Shown: positions 20,171 through 30,113, counted from the stretch's first letter. The stretch is 64,000 nucleotides of DNA from Nostoc sp. DedSLP01 (GCA_034530875.2 JAVRCJ020000029.1:29910-93909), one strand, 5' to 3'. The notes: generated from the letters alone by a model not told the origin. A program made the numbers and translations.

Positions 20171-20557
20171 ATGGCACGGTCAAACGGGGTTAAAAGTGAA
20201 ACTTCTGCACAGGAATTGCCGACAATTTCAGACAAAGATACGGTAACAGCTGAAGAAGAACTTGAATCAGTGGAGGATGGTCAAGGCATTGATGATATTT
20301 TAAACTCGTTAAAAAGTTTACTGAGTTCTGTAGAAAAGCTCCAAAAAGTCCGCCAAGAAGTCGGCGACATCAAACCTTTGATTGGGCGGATGCTGGACGG
20401 AGAATTAGTTAGTGGTGAAGAACTCGAACAACTGAAGACAGGTGTGGGTAGTCTTTTTCGCCTCGTTCGCGCTTATAGCGACCATCAAGCAGCGTTGGCT
20501 AAAGCCCAACCTGCTAGAAACTTGCTAGACCAAGTACTTAAAGAGCGTAAAGCTTGA
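20171..20557 (+). CDS. Hypothetical helical protein
   Basis: 128 aa, GAGG SD, acidic N-terminus and amphipathic helices. Confidence 0.7.
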   Translation: MARSNGVKSETSAQELPTISDKDTVTAEEELESVEDGQGIDDILNSLKSLLSSVEKLQKVRQEVGDIKPLIGRMLDGELVSGEELEQLKTGVGSLFRLVRAYSDHQAALAKAQPARNLLDQVLKERKA

Positions 20558-20670
20558 TATTGGGTATGGGGCATTGGGTATGGGAAAAGGGAAAGGGGTA
20601 AAGGGGAAAGGTTAAATTTATCCTTTTCCCTTTTCCCTTTAACCTTTTCCCCTACCTCCCCATCTCCCCA
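20558..20670. repeat. Inverted STRR-type repeat (GGGAAAA/TTTTCCC tracts) between convergent genes
   Basis: Purine tract followed by its complement; related tracts at 41392-41460 and 45615-45650. Confidence 0.7.
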
Positions 20671-20674
20671 CAGA

Positions 20675-20899
20675 TTATTGACAATCAAAAAGTATAACAA
20701 AGCGAGCATTAGGTATCAGTTGACTTAAAGCCAGCAAATGACCTTCTGCATCAGACCGATTGCGGAATCTAGCAACAATCACCCTTTGCATATTCGGAAG
20801 TAAACGCGCTATAGCCCAAGAATTCAAGCGCTGTTTGTACGCAGTTGCCTCAGTCTCTATGGAGGAATCAATATTTTGTGGCATGATTAATTTATTCAT
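20675..20899 (-). CDS. Small cyanobacterial protein (QRLNSW...ARFRNRSDAEGHL type)
   Basis: 74 aa, ATG start, divergent from the Xre gene, promoter-like elements upstream. Confidence 0.75.
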   Translation of the reverse strand: MNKLIMPQNIDSSIETEATAYKQRLNSWAIARLLPNMQRVIVARFRNRSDAEGHLLALSQLIPNARFVILFDCQ

Positions 20900-20910
20900 A
20901 AGCAGTTTAG

Positions 20911-20959
20911 TGAAGGGCGTTAGCGAGTCTCTTGCCGGGGATGCACTAACGCTTCTTCA
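20911..20959 (-). promoter_or_regulatory. 5'-UTR hairpin of the 74-aa gene
   Basis: TGAAGGGCGTTAG ... CTAACGCTTCTTCA complementary arms around GAGTCTCTTGCCGGGGATGC. Confidence 0.5.
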
Positions 20960-20965
20960 ATCATG

Positions 20966-21023
20966 ATTAAAGTGCAAATCATTATTAATTGTCAATACTT
21001 AACGCTAAAGCTTAACGGTAAAG
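20966..21023. promoter_or_regulatory. Divergent promoter with tandem 13-bp boxes (candidate Xre operator)
   Basis: Minus-strand TTGACA (20995-20990)-18 bp-TTTAAT; adjacent CTTAACGCTAAAG / CTTAACGGTAAAG (20998-21023). Confidence 0.5.
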
Positions 21024-21048
21024 AAATAGATAATAGGTCTAGTCAGCT

Positions 21049-21273
21049 ATGGATTTGAGAGCCTTGAGAGAACGTGCAGGGCTGATAGTCTTAGACGTAG
21101 CAAAAGAGCTAGACTGCGCGGAATCTTCAATTCGCAACTGGGAAAAGGGTAGAACAACGCCAAAACTAGAGATATGGCAAGTATTTCGCTTGCGGGATTT
21201 GTATCAATGCACAGAAGAAGAACTAGTGCAAGCAGTCAAGGAGTCAATGCTAATTCAACAAACAAAGCCTTGA
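21049..21273 (+). CDS. Xre/Cro HTH regulator (controller-like)
   Basis: LRALRERAGL..LDVAKELDCAESSIRNWEKGRTTP. Confidence 0.9.
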   Translation: MDLRALRERAGLIVLDVAKELDCAESSIRNWEKGRTTPKLEIWQVFRLRDLYQCTEEELVQAVKESMLIQQTKP

Positions 21274-21310
21274 CCTTAATTTCTAATTTAAATAAATAAT
21301 AAATATCCAG

Positions 21311-22603
21311 ATGAATCAACAATTAGAACTACCATTTAATAATTTCTCTTTTGATATTTGTAATTCCTTTGATAGTTCATCTACATTCATCGATAACATG
21401 AAATTGCCAGTGCATCGATGGTTTAGATATAGTGCGGGTTTCTCTGCACAATGGGTAGAAACTATAATTACTCAATTCAAAGAACGAGGAGAAACTACTG
21501 TCTTAGATCCATTCGCTGGTTCTGGTACAACCTTACTTGTATCTGAGAAACTTGGAGTTCAATGTTTTGGTATTGAAGCTCATCCCTTTGTTGCACGTAT
21601 AGCAAGAGCTAAACTTTTATATCAAACTGACGCTGATGCCTATGTTGAACATATAACAAAGGTAATAAAACGTGCTGAAAATCTGAAAGCTTGTATAGAT
21701 ACATATCCAAAATTAATTCATCAATGTTTTAGTCTATCTTCTCTTGAATCTTTAGATAAATTTCGCCAAGCTTGGGAAGAATTTGCTGATGATTCATCTC
21801 AATCTCAATTAGCTTGGTTAACGCTGATATCGATTCTTCGTCATGTTTCTCATGCTGGTACTGCACCTTGGCAATACATTTTACCAAACAAAAAGAAACA
21901 ATCTTTTTTAGAACCAATGTCTGCTTTTAGACTAATGTCAGAGATAATGGCTACAGATATGAGAATTGTAGGAAAAATGGCAGCTGCTACTGCGACACTT
22001 ATTCAATCTGATGCTCGTACTTGCCAAGGTATACCCGATAATTCTGCCAATTTAATAATTACCTCACCACCATACGCTAACAACTATGATTATGCAGATG
22101 CTACACGTCTCGAAATGTGTTTCATGAAAGAAATTTCTGGTTGGAGTGATTTACAAAGTACAGTGAGGCAATATTTAATTCGTTCATGTTCGCAGCATGT
22201 CACAAATAAAAATGTAAACTTCGATGAAATTCTAGCATCTCCAGAACTAGAACCACTTAAACCTAGTATTATTGCAACCTGTCACCAGTTGTTCAAAGAA
22301 AGAAATTTACATGGCGGTAAAAAAAATTATCATTTGATGATTGCTTGCTATTTTTTTGATATGTCTAGAGTTTGGACAGCACTTCGCAGAGTATGTAAAA
22401 CTCCTGCAACAATTTGCTTTGTCATTGGTGATTCTGCTCCCTATGGTGTTTATATTCCAGTGATTGAATGGATGGGTCTATTAGCACAAGCAGCAGGATT
22501 TAAATCTTTTGAGTTTGAGAAAATACGTGACAGAAATATAAAGTGGAAAAATCGTAAGCATACAGTTCCTCTTTGTGAAGGCTGTTTATGGGTTCAAGGA
22601 TAA
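21311..22603 (+). CDS. DNA amino-methyltransferase, probably N4-cytosine, alpha motif order
   Basis: Motif I VLDPFAGSGTT near the N-terminus, motif IV ITSPPY later, FVIGDS. Confidence 0.9.
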   Translation: MNQQLELPFNNFSFDICNSFDSSSTFIDNMKLPVHRWFRYSAGFSAQWVETIITQFKERGETTVLDPFAGSGTTLLVSEKLGVQCFGIEAHPFVARIARAKLLYQTDADAYVEHITKVIKRAENLKACIDTYPKLIHQCFSLSSLESLDKFRQAWEEFADDSSQSQLAWLTLISILRHVSHAGTAPWQYILPNKKKQSFLEPMSAFRLMSEIMATDMRIVGKMAAATATLIQSDARTCQGIPDNSANLIITSPPYANNYDYADATRLEMCFMKEISGWSDLQSTVRQYLIRSCSQHVTNKNVNFDEILASPELEPLKPSIIATCHQLFKERNLHGGKKNYHLMIACYFFDMSRVWTALRRVCKTPATICFVIGDSAPYGVYIPVIEWMGLLAQAAGFKSFEFEKIRDRNIKWKNRKHTVPLCEGCLWVQG

Positions 22604-22639
22604 GCTAATTACAGCACAGATTATTTTTGTATAAGTTTA

Positions 22640-23503
22640 ATGGCACAGTCATTTTCACATAAATGGGGTCAGATTATAGGAAATCTCATCCAAGAATTGA
22701 TTCGTGAGACACTTCAGCAAATAGCTGATGAACATGGTTTTTATTTAGACTATCAAAGAAAACGTAAAGTACGAATTAGTAAAAAGGTATCATGGCAGGA
22801 TCGCTATGGTAACTTTCATGACCTTGATTATGTAATGGAGAGAGGAGGTAATGAAGATACCCTTGGTCTTCCAGTAGCATTTATTGAAACTGCATGGCGA
22901 CGTTATACTAAGCATTCTAGAAATAAGGTTCAAGAAATTGAAGGAGCGCTTATTCCTCTAGCAGACACCTATAGTCACCTTAACCCATTTTTAGGTGCGA
23001 TTCTGGCAGGTGTGTTTACTCAAGGGGCACTAGATCAATTAGAATCTAAGGGCTTTAAAATTCTTTATTTGAAGTATGAAAATGTCGTTAAATCATTTAT
23101 ATCTGTAGGCATAAATGCATCTTTCACTGAAAATACATCAGAAGTAGAGTTTGAAAGCAAAATTGAACAATGGAATCAACTATCAACATTAGATATTACT
23201 AATATCAAAAATCAAATTCTTACTTTAGAAAAATCTCAAATAGATAAATTTATCAATACCTTAGTTCAATCGTTTGCTAGACTCGTCCAACAAGTAAATG
23301 TTATTATACTACATGGACTATCTCAACAAATTAGCACTATTAATAATGCCATTGAATATATCCATAATTATTCAGATAATCAACCTACATTTGCACCAGC
23401 CCTAAAGTACGAGATTGAAATTCGTTATAATAACGGCGATATAATTCATGCAATCTTTCAAAATAAGGTTGAAGCACTCAAATTTCTGAGAACCTTTATT
23501 TAA
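22640..23503 (+). CDS. Putative Type II restriction endonuclease (PD-(D/E)XK-like)
   Basis: 36 bp after the MTase; HDLDYVME...AFIETAWRRYTKHSRNK acidic catalytic-like pattern; 287 aa. Confidence 0.7.
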   Translation: MAQSFSHKWGQIIGNLIQELIRETLQQIADEHGFYLDYQRKRKVRISKKVSWQDRYGNFHDLDYVMERGGNEDTLGLPVAFIETAWRRYTKHSRNKVQEIEGALIPLADTYSHLNPFLGAILAGVFTQGALDQLESKGFKILYLKYENVVKSFISVGINASFTENTSEVEFESKIEQWNQLSTLDITNIKNQILTLEKSQIDKFINTLVQSFARLVQQVNVIILHGLSQQISTINNAIEYIHNYSDNQPTFAPALKYEIEIRYNNGDIIHAIFQNKVEALKFLRTFI

Positions 23504-23540
23504 GGTACTAATAGAATAATTTGTAATTTGTAATTTATTA

Positions 23541-25259
23541 ATGACGAACGTTACACCCGCCATTGTAGTTTTAGGTCAAAATAGCGTGGCAGTAGCACGC
23601 AAAATAATCAGTGTCCTACCAGGAACGACGTTATACGGTTTGGAGGGTCGCACGTCTGGAGTTGATGTCAGCTTCAACAATTTTGGCGAGACGGTGCGCG
23701 AATTATTTGCTCAGGGAAGGCCGTTGATTGGGATTTGTGCAGCTGGTATTTTGATTAGGACGCTAGCTCCAATGCTCTGTGACAAACGACAGGAACCACC
23801 AGTGTTAGCTGTGGCTGAAGATGGTAGCGCTGTTGTCCCTCTGTTGGGCGGACTTGGTGGGGTAAATGATTTGGCACGCCGCATTGCTCAAGCCCTTGAT
23901 GTTAAACCTGCAATTACCACCACAGGCGATTTACGGTTGGGTACGGCGCTGTTGTCTCCTCCCGCAGGATACCATTTAGCAAACCCAGACGATGCGAAAA
24001 AATTTATCTCAGATTTGCTGGCTGGGGCGCAAGTCAAGCTAGAAGGTGCTGTACCTTGGTTGAATGATAGCAAACTGCCTATAGATGCAAATGGAGATTT
24101 GATTATCCAGGTTACAGAACGTTTGGTGACTCCTAAACCTAACTGTCTTGTCTACCATCCGGCAACGATCGCGATCGCCATTGATACTATCATCGATCCA
24201 GACCAAACACTAGCTTTAATACACCAACTATTAGCCGATGCCGCACTCGCAAGAGCATCAGTAGCAGGCATATTTGCACCCATCACCGCCCCTACAGCGA
24301 TCCATGCCGTCGCTAGCGCCTTGAAAGTGCCTGTTCGCTTTTTTACCTCAAATCAGCTAGAAAATTGGCTTTCCCAAGGTTATAGCCCCGCCCAAGCCGC
24401 AGCCATCGCTGCTACAGGCACACCTCCTATATCTTTTTCCGGTCATATTGCGATCGCCATTGCCCAACAGCCAATCGACCCCAATACCATCGGTCAGCCA
24501 CGCGGACGGTTAGCAATTATTGGCACGGGGCCTGGCGCTCAAGAGTGGATGTCTCCGGAAGTCAAGGAAATACTCAAGTCGGCAACTGATTTAGTCGGTT
24601 ACAAAACTTACTTGGATTTAATCGGTTCTCTCGGTGATGGCAAGCAACGGCATGAGTCCGACAACCGCGAAGAAGAAGCACGGGCAAAAATGGCACTCGA
24701 TTTAGCTGCTTCTGGGCGATATGTAGCCGTAGTTTCATCTGGCGACCCCGGTATCTATGCAATGGCAACAGCGGTTTTTGAAGTATGCGATCGCTATGCT
24801 AAACCGGAATGGGAGAGTATCGACATTCATGTGGCACCAGGCATCTCAGCAATGCAAGCAGCCGCAGCAGCAATTGGTGCACCTCTGGGACATGACTTTT
24901 GTGTAATTTCCCTTTCCGACATCTTAAAGCCTTGGTCGGCGATCGCCCAAAGAATTGCTGCTGCTGCCGAGGCTGATTTTGTCATTGCTTTCTACAATCC
25001 TGTTTCCAAAGACCGTACTTGGCAACTGGCAGAAGCGAGAGATATTTTATTGCGATATCGAACGCCGGATACACCAGTAATTTTAGGACGAAATCTAGGC
25101 AGACCAGGACAAGCTGTAAAAGTAATAACACTTGAGGAGTTAGCACCAGCTACCGCCGATATGCGGACAGTTATTATCGTCGGTTCCACAAAAACTCGAA
25201 TTATCAAGCGTGGCGATGGTAGGATTTGGGTTTACACGCCGCGTCGGTATACGGAATAG
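23541..25259 (+). CDS. cobJ: CbiG-CobJ fusion, precorrin-3B C17-methyltransferase
   Basis: CbiG N-terminus (DKRQEPPVLAVAEDG, ITTTGD); tetrapyrrole MTase motifs IGTGPG, VSSGDPGIYAM, GAPLGHDFCVISLSD, YTPRRY. Confidence 0.92.
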   Translation: MTNVTPAIVVLGQNSVAVARKIISVLPGTTLYGLEGRTSGVDVSFNNFGETVRELFAQGRPLIGICAAGILIRTLAPMLCDKRQEPPVLAVAEDGSAVVPLLGGLGGVNDLARRIAQALDVKPAITTTGDLRLGTALLSPPAGYHLANPDDAKKFISDLLAGAQVKLEGAVPWLNDSKLPIDANGDLIIQVTERLVTPKPNCLVYHPATIAIAIDTIIDPDQTLALIHQLLADAALARASVAGIFAPITAPTAIHAVASALKVPVRFFTSNQLENWLSQGYSPAQAAAIAATGTPPISFSGHIAIAIAQQPIDPNTIGQPRGRLAIIGTGPGAQEWMSPEVKEILKSATDLVGYKTYLDLIGSLGDGKQRHESDNREEEARAKMALDLAASGRYVAVVSSGDPGIYAMATAVFEVCDRYAKPEWESIDIHVAPGISAMQAAAAAIGAPLGHDFCVISLSDILKPWSAIAQRIAAAAEADFVIAFYNPVSKDRTWQLAEARDILLRYRTPDTPVILGRNLGRPGQAVKVITLEELAPATADMRTVIIVGSTKTRIIKRGDGRIWVYTPRRYTE

Positions 25260-25356
25260 AGCGAACAAGTAAGATTTTTGATGTGTTGCAAAGATTTTTT
25301 CACGCAGAGCCGCAGAGGCGCAGAGAGGATAAACAGTTTTGGATTAATAGAATTGG

Positions 25357-25523
25357 TATACTTATATCTTGCACCAGGCGACTGGAAGTCGCGGTTACAC
25401 AGGCAAAACCCGCTTGCCTTGGGTTTCAAACCCTTGATTTTGCGTTAGTCCGCGCACCATCCGGACTTCGTTTGTATAGCCGCGATTTCTAATCGCTAGG
25501 GCTAGGTGCAAGATGTGAGTATA
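25357..25523. mobile_element. MITE-like element with 19-bp TIR enclosing a ~120-bp palindromic repeat
   Basis: TATACTTATATCTTGCACC ... GGTGCAAGATGTGAGTATA (17/19); inner part recurs at 41143-41382 (shared GTTAGTCCGCGCACCATCCGGAC). Confidence 0.75.
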
Positions 25524-25662
25524 TGAATTATTGCTGAGAAAGTAGTGAAAAGTATGTGGTAAATTCCTGGAAATTTTTCATCTAAGCTTTATTTTTTCAT
25601 CACCTAAGAGGTGCTAAGTGTCGGCATACTAAGAGCAGTTTACAAAAGTAACCTTTACACCT

Positions 25663-27078
25663 ATGCAGCAGGCATCTCATCCCACAGTCATCCTGGGTGG
25701 TGGCTTTGCTGGACTGTTTACAGCGGTGCATTTAAGCCATCAAAATTACTCGCATCCAATTATTTTAATTGAGCAACGCGATCGCTTTAGTTTCAAACCT
25801 TTATTGTATGAACTCTTGAGCGCCGAATTAAACAGCACGCAGGTTTACCCCCGCTACAAAGACCTTTTGGCTGGTAGTGGTGTAACTTTTGTGCAGGATA
25901 CTGTGAAATCAATCGATTCATATCAACGCAGAGTTACCTTAGCATCTGGAAAGGTTTTTGATTATGGCAATTTAGTATTAGCACTGGGTAGTAAAACTAC
26001 TTACTTCAATACTCCCGGTGCGGCGGAATATGCTATGCCATTTACCTCTGGGGAAGAAGCGATCGCTTTGCGAAAACACTTGCGACACAGGTTGTATCAA
26101 GCAATCCAAACTCAAGACTCAGAACGTCGTCGGCTACTGCTAACTGTTGCCATCATTGGCGCAGGGCCGGCTGGCATTGAATTGGCTTGCACTTTAGCGG
26201 ATTTATTACCTATTTGGTATGACGAGTTAGGCGGCGATGCTGATGAAATTCGAGTTGTGCTGGTTAACCGCAGTCGGGAAATCCTCAAAGGAGATGTGAA
26301 TAGTCATTTGAAGTGTACAGTCCAACGGGCGCTAAAACGTCGAGTGGTTCCTGTGGATTTCCTATTTGATGCGGCTGTCACCAAGATTCATGCAGATGGT
26401 GTGGAATATCGCCAACAGGAGCAAACCCAACTTTTACCAGCTGGAACAATAGCTTGGACTGCTGGAACTGCTCCCAATCCTTTAGTGATGGATTTACCAG
26501 CGCCAAACAATCGCGGGCGGTTGGTGGTGACACCAACATTGCAACTACCTCATTTTCCCGAAATCTTTGCAGCTGGAGACTGCGCCGCAGATAGCGATAA
26601 TCCCCAACCAACCACGGCCCAAGTTGCTTATCAACAAGGAAAAGCGATCGCTCGCAACCTCAAGCTGCTTGAGGAAGGCAAACCCGCCATCCCCGTACAA
26701 ATCCAAATGCGCGGTACTTTGATGAAACTGGGACTTAATGAAGGTGTTGCTAACTTATTTAATAAAGTCCAGATTAAAGGCCAGGCGGGTCATCTGATTC
26801 GGGAAGCAACATATTTACAACTCCTGCCAAACTCTGCACATAATCTCAAAGTCACAACCGAGTGGCTGACTGAAGAATTATTCCGACGCGATCGCCCTTT
26901 TTCTCATATCCAATTAGCACAGACTCCTTGGCTGTATGGAGTTGCAACCCTTGCAGCCGGGCTGATTTTAGCAACTCCCCTCGTCTGGCGGGCTGCTCAA
27001 CCGATGCAATTTCAACAAAACTTGAGTTGGACAGGTGTACCCACTTTACTAGATCGCCTTGCACCCCCTTCTCGTTAA
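25663..27078 (+). CDS. NAD(P)/FAD-dependent oxidoreductase, type II NADH dehydrogenase family, with C-terminal TM helix
   Basis: GGGFAG, FKPLLYE, GAGPAGIELA, WTAG, FAAGD, TAQVAYQQG. Confidence 0.88.
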   Translation: MQQASHPTVILGGGFAGLFTAVHLSHQNYSHPIILIEQRDRFSFKPLLYELLSAELNSTQVYPRYKDLLAGSGVTFVQDTVKSIDSYQRRVTLASGKVFDYGNLVLALGSKTTYFNTPGAAEYAMPFTSGEEAIALRKHLRHRLYQAIQTQDSERRRLLLTVAIIGAGPAGIELACTLADLLPIWYDELGGDADEIRVVLVNRSREILKGDVNSHLKCTVQRALKRRVVPVDFLFDAAVTKIHADGVEYRQQEQTQLLPAGTIAWTAGTAPNPLVMDLPAPNNRGRLVVTPTLQLPHFPEIFAAGDCAADSDNPQPTTAQVAYQQGKAIARNLKLLEEGKPAIPVQIQMRGTLMKLGLNEGVANLFNKVQIKGQAGHLIREATYLQLLPNSAHNLKVTTEWLTEELFRRDRPFSHIQLAQTPWLYGVATLAAGLILATPLVWRAAQPMQFQQNLSWTGVPTLLDRLAPPSR

Positions 27079-27230
27079 AGAAGCGGAGAAGTTTTGCAGC
27101 AGTTTCCAAATTCTACCAATTCTCTAAAATCTGATAACACATTCAAACCTCGAAACCTAGACCATATCCGGCTTTGTTAATTACGAATTACAAAATATCC
27201 CAACTCAATCTCATCTTTAGGAGTCCACTC

Positions 27231-27746
27231 ATGAAATACTTACTCAATCTGCGGACGGTTGTTACTGTGAATCGCGTTATCACTGGTCTTTACTTTTTCC
27301 TCTCTGGTATTGGTAACTATCTCAACTTCACCGTTCCTAACGGTTTCTACCAAACCGTCCTCACTCAAAAACTGCAAATAATTGGCCCTGGAATTCCACC
27401 AGGATGGGAAGGCATCGGGCCGCTACCTTGGTTAATCGCTATTCCCTACGCCTGGTTATTACCTTTAGCAGAACTTCTATTTGGTGCGTTGTTTGCTCTC
27501 AATTATTGGGTGCGTTGGACAGGTCTATTATTAATACTGATAAACTTGAGCATTACTTTAGCATTTGGTATTTTACCTGCGGGAAATTTATTTCCGAATG
27601 GAGCAGAAAGTTTTAACAAAACCATTTTATTTATGACTTCAATCTGGACATGTATTGCTTATGAAGCCTACGAACAAAAAATGAGTCGTCGGCGCGCTCA
27701 AGCAGCAGATGATTATGCTTTGAATGCTTCGAGTAATGATATGTAA
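27231..27746 (+). CDS. DoxX-like membrane protein
   Basis: AGGAG SD before ATG 27231; NRVITGLYFFLSG, PLAELLFGAL..L.YWVR.TGLL; 4 TM. Confidence 0.7.
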   Translation: MKYLLNLRTVVTVNRVITGLYFFLSGIGNYLNFTVPNGFYQTVLTQKLQIIGPGIPPGWEGIGPLPWLIAIPYAWLLPLAELLFGALFALNYWVRWTGLLLILINLSITLAFGILPAGNLFPNGAESFNKTILFMTSIWTCIAYEAYEQKMSRRRAQAADDYALNASSNDM

Positions 27747-27813
27747 AAGCTTCTTCAGACCAGTAAGATTGTTAACAGTATTCTGGCAAATATCGGTAAT
27801 GGTTTACATCTGA

Positions 27814-27863
27814 GCGATCGCATTATCTAACGTATAGCTTAAAGGCTATATGATTGCGATCGC
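27814..27863. terminator. HIP1-bounded hairpin between convergent genes
   Basis: GCGATCGCA...TATAGC-ttaaag-GCTATA...TGCGATCGC. Confidence 0.4.
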
Positions 27864-27920
27864 CGCAATCTTACTTAACAACCTTATCCCCTACCCCTAT
27901 TCTCCACTCACTAAATTTAA

Positions 27921-29090
27921 TTAATCCAATCTTTTCAGAATAATATGTTTTTTTAAATCAAAATCAATTACACCTTCTTCTTGCAATTTCCCCATCAATC
28001 GTGTAATTGTAACTCTGGTAGTACAGCAAGCACTAGCAATATCTTCATGAGTTAAACGAACGCTTAATCGAGTTCCCTCCGATACAGTTTCACCGATTTC
28101 CTGCTTCAACAGTTGTAACAGATAATGTAGGCGCTCTTGTACTCTGCGTCTTCCAGAAACAACTAAAAAAGATTCCGTTTGCTGTAATCTTTCATTTATT
28201 TTTGGTAAAATTATATGACTTATAAGTGGTGAGTTTGCTACGTCACCTGTCGGAATTGATATTAATTTAGTATCGGCAAGAGCTACCGCTTGATAAACAT
28301 TTAGAGAAGTCAAACTACTACCAAAAACCATTCCTGGTGTTGCCAATCCTAAGAGTACTTCTTCTCCCGTTTCGCAGTAAGTACTTAACTTAACTATACC
28401 CTGGCAAACATACCAAATTATTAGTGGGTTGAGAGGAATGGTTTCTCCTTTAGGATGTTTTTCTATGGGATACCTAGCAAACAGTTCGTTGCTATTATTG
28501 TTGGCTACTGATTCTAAAGGCTGACGCTCAGAAATATTGCGTAACATCCAGCGCAGAGAGGTTGCTTTTTCTTGCGAATTACGGACAACAAGCACTGTCA
28601 AAGCTGCATCAAACAACTCACCATGACTTTGTTGCAAACGTATAGATAATTGTTTAAATGTTTCTGATTGTGATACTTGAATGAGTTGATTGCGGAATTG
28701 TTGACGTTCTTCTAGAGGAACAAAATTAATCATTTGTTTGCCCACCAGAAGATGCTTTGAAACATTAAATAATTTAGCTGCTGTGTAGTTTGCTTCTTGA
28801 ATAAGACCTTCTGTATTAGTTACGAAATAGCCGTCTGGTGCATAATCAAATAAATCTTCGTAGTGTTGGCGTTCTGCTTCTAGCCAATTCCGTGTTTGTA
28901 TTAGTTCTTCGTTTTGTTGATACAGTTCCTCTGCCGCTAACTGCACTATCTTTGAGGTATTATAGAGTTCCTTAAAAGCCTGTGGTAGAAGATCTGATGG
29001 AATCCAAGGCAATACGCTAGCAGTTTGGTATAAATCTGCTAAACGTTTGTGTAATACTTCTGCGCGTTGGATAAATTTTTCTATATTCAC
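27921..29090 (-). CDS. Coiled coil - PAS - Crp/Fnr HTH regulator
   Basis: EELYQQNEEL coiled coil, PAS (YEDLFDYAPDGY), Crp C-terminus LTHEDIASACCTTRVTITRLM. Confidence 0.9.
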   Translation of the reverse strand: MNIEKFIQRAEVLHKRLADLYQTASVLPWIPSDLLPQAFKELYNTSKIVQLAAEELYQQNEELIQTRNWLEAERQHYEDLFDYAPDGYFVTNTEGLIQEANYTAAKLFNVSKHLLVGKQMINFVPLEERQQFRNQLIQVSQSETFKQLSIRLQQSHGELFDAALTVLVVRNSQEKATSLRWMLRNISERQPLESVANNNSNELFARYPIEKHPKGETIPLNPLIIWYVCQGIVKLSTYCETGEEVLLGLATPGMVFGSSLTSLNVYQAVALADTKLISIPTGDVANSPLISHIILPKINERLQQTESFLVVSGRRRVQERLHYLLQLLKQEIGETVSEGTRLSVRLTHEDIASACCTTRVTITRLMGKLQEEGVIDFDLKKHIILKRLD

Positions 29091-29938
29091 CTTAAATTCC
29101 CGCTACTTACTTGCAGAGGTTGAGGAAAAAATCTATTAGGTAAAGACTTGGTAAAATTGCAGCTTTTCTGATTTTGTTGAGTAAGAAATTTAATTTTCAT
29201 GAAGCTGCAATTGTTATTAAATTGAATTAATAACAGTACTTTGATAAAGGCTTTCGACAATTTACAACAGAATTCAGAAGCCAGAATCGGCTATCCCTAC
29301 TGCTTTAACACAATTAGAATAGCCTTTTGGTCTAGCTATCAGAACCTAGCTAGCGTACTTTATTACCTTGAAATCTGGTGTATGTCTTACAAGAGTATAG
29401 ATGGTTCTGTTTTTTCAATAACATATTTGGCAATTAAGCTCAGACACTCAATGTAAATTGAATTTAGAAATTGCTTAGTAAGCTTTAATATTTTTGGCAC
29501 ACTATAAATTTTTTGCAAAAATGAAAAACCTATAGTATTTTGCTAATTTTTACTTCTACCTTTGGTTGGAGAATTCTGCTAGATGGGCTGAGTACGAACC
29601 CAAAGGGGATTGATTTAACATATATTGATTTGTAGGTAAATAATTAACCAACCAAAGCTCTGATTAGCAAATAAATTAAATCCTACAGGATACTCCAAAA
29701 ATCCTAAACTTAACCTTAATTTCTGACTGTTGTTTAACCTCCTTTGTGCTGCTTTCGATGGTTAAGTACTAATGATAATTGGCTCTATCACTACCAAACT
29801 TCCATCACAAGAATTAAGCCATTACTACTAAAGGTATACAATGTCAGTTAACTTTATTTATGTCCAAAGATAGGTTTTTTATCAAAAACGTAACTATACA
29901 TATATTTGTGGTACTAACAAAATTTAAGTGTCAGTCCA

Positions 29939-30013
29939 GTAGGGTGTGTTATTGCGAAGCATAACGCACCCTACACATACTTAAATTTTTTCAATAATCA
30001 AACCGGATTCCTA
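29939..30013. repeat. GTAG REP-like palindrome plus right end of the AATCAAACCGGATTCCTA MITE family
   Basis: GTAGGGTGTGTTAT-tgcgaagc-ATAACGCACCCTAC, then AATCAAACCGGATTCCTA as at 32580-32597 and 40244-40261. Confidence 0.7.
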
Positions 30014-30113
30014 ATGTACTTTTGTTGAGCAGATAGGATTAGTTAAGGATTGTTAAATATCTCTCAACCAAATTCAATGCTGCTGTAGCAAAGAATGCTC
30101 TTGCTATCTATAA

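Noticed and set aside
29241..29456. 71-aa ORF in the long spacer upstream of PAS-Crp
   Set aside because: It has a TTG start, no SD and a composition that does not look protein-like.
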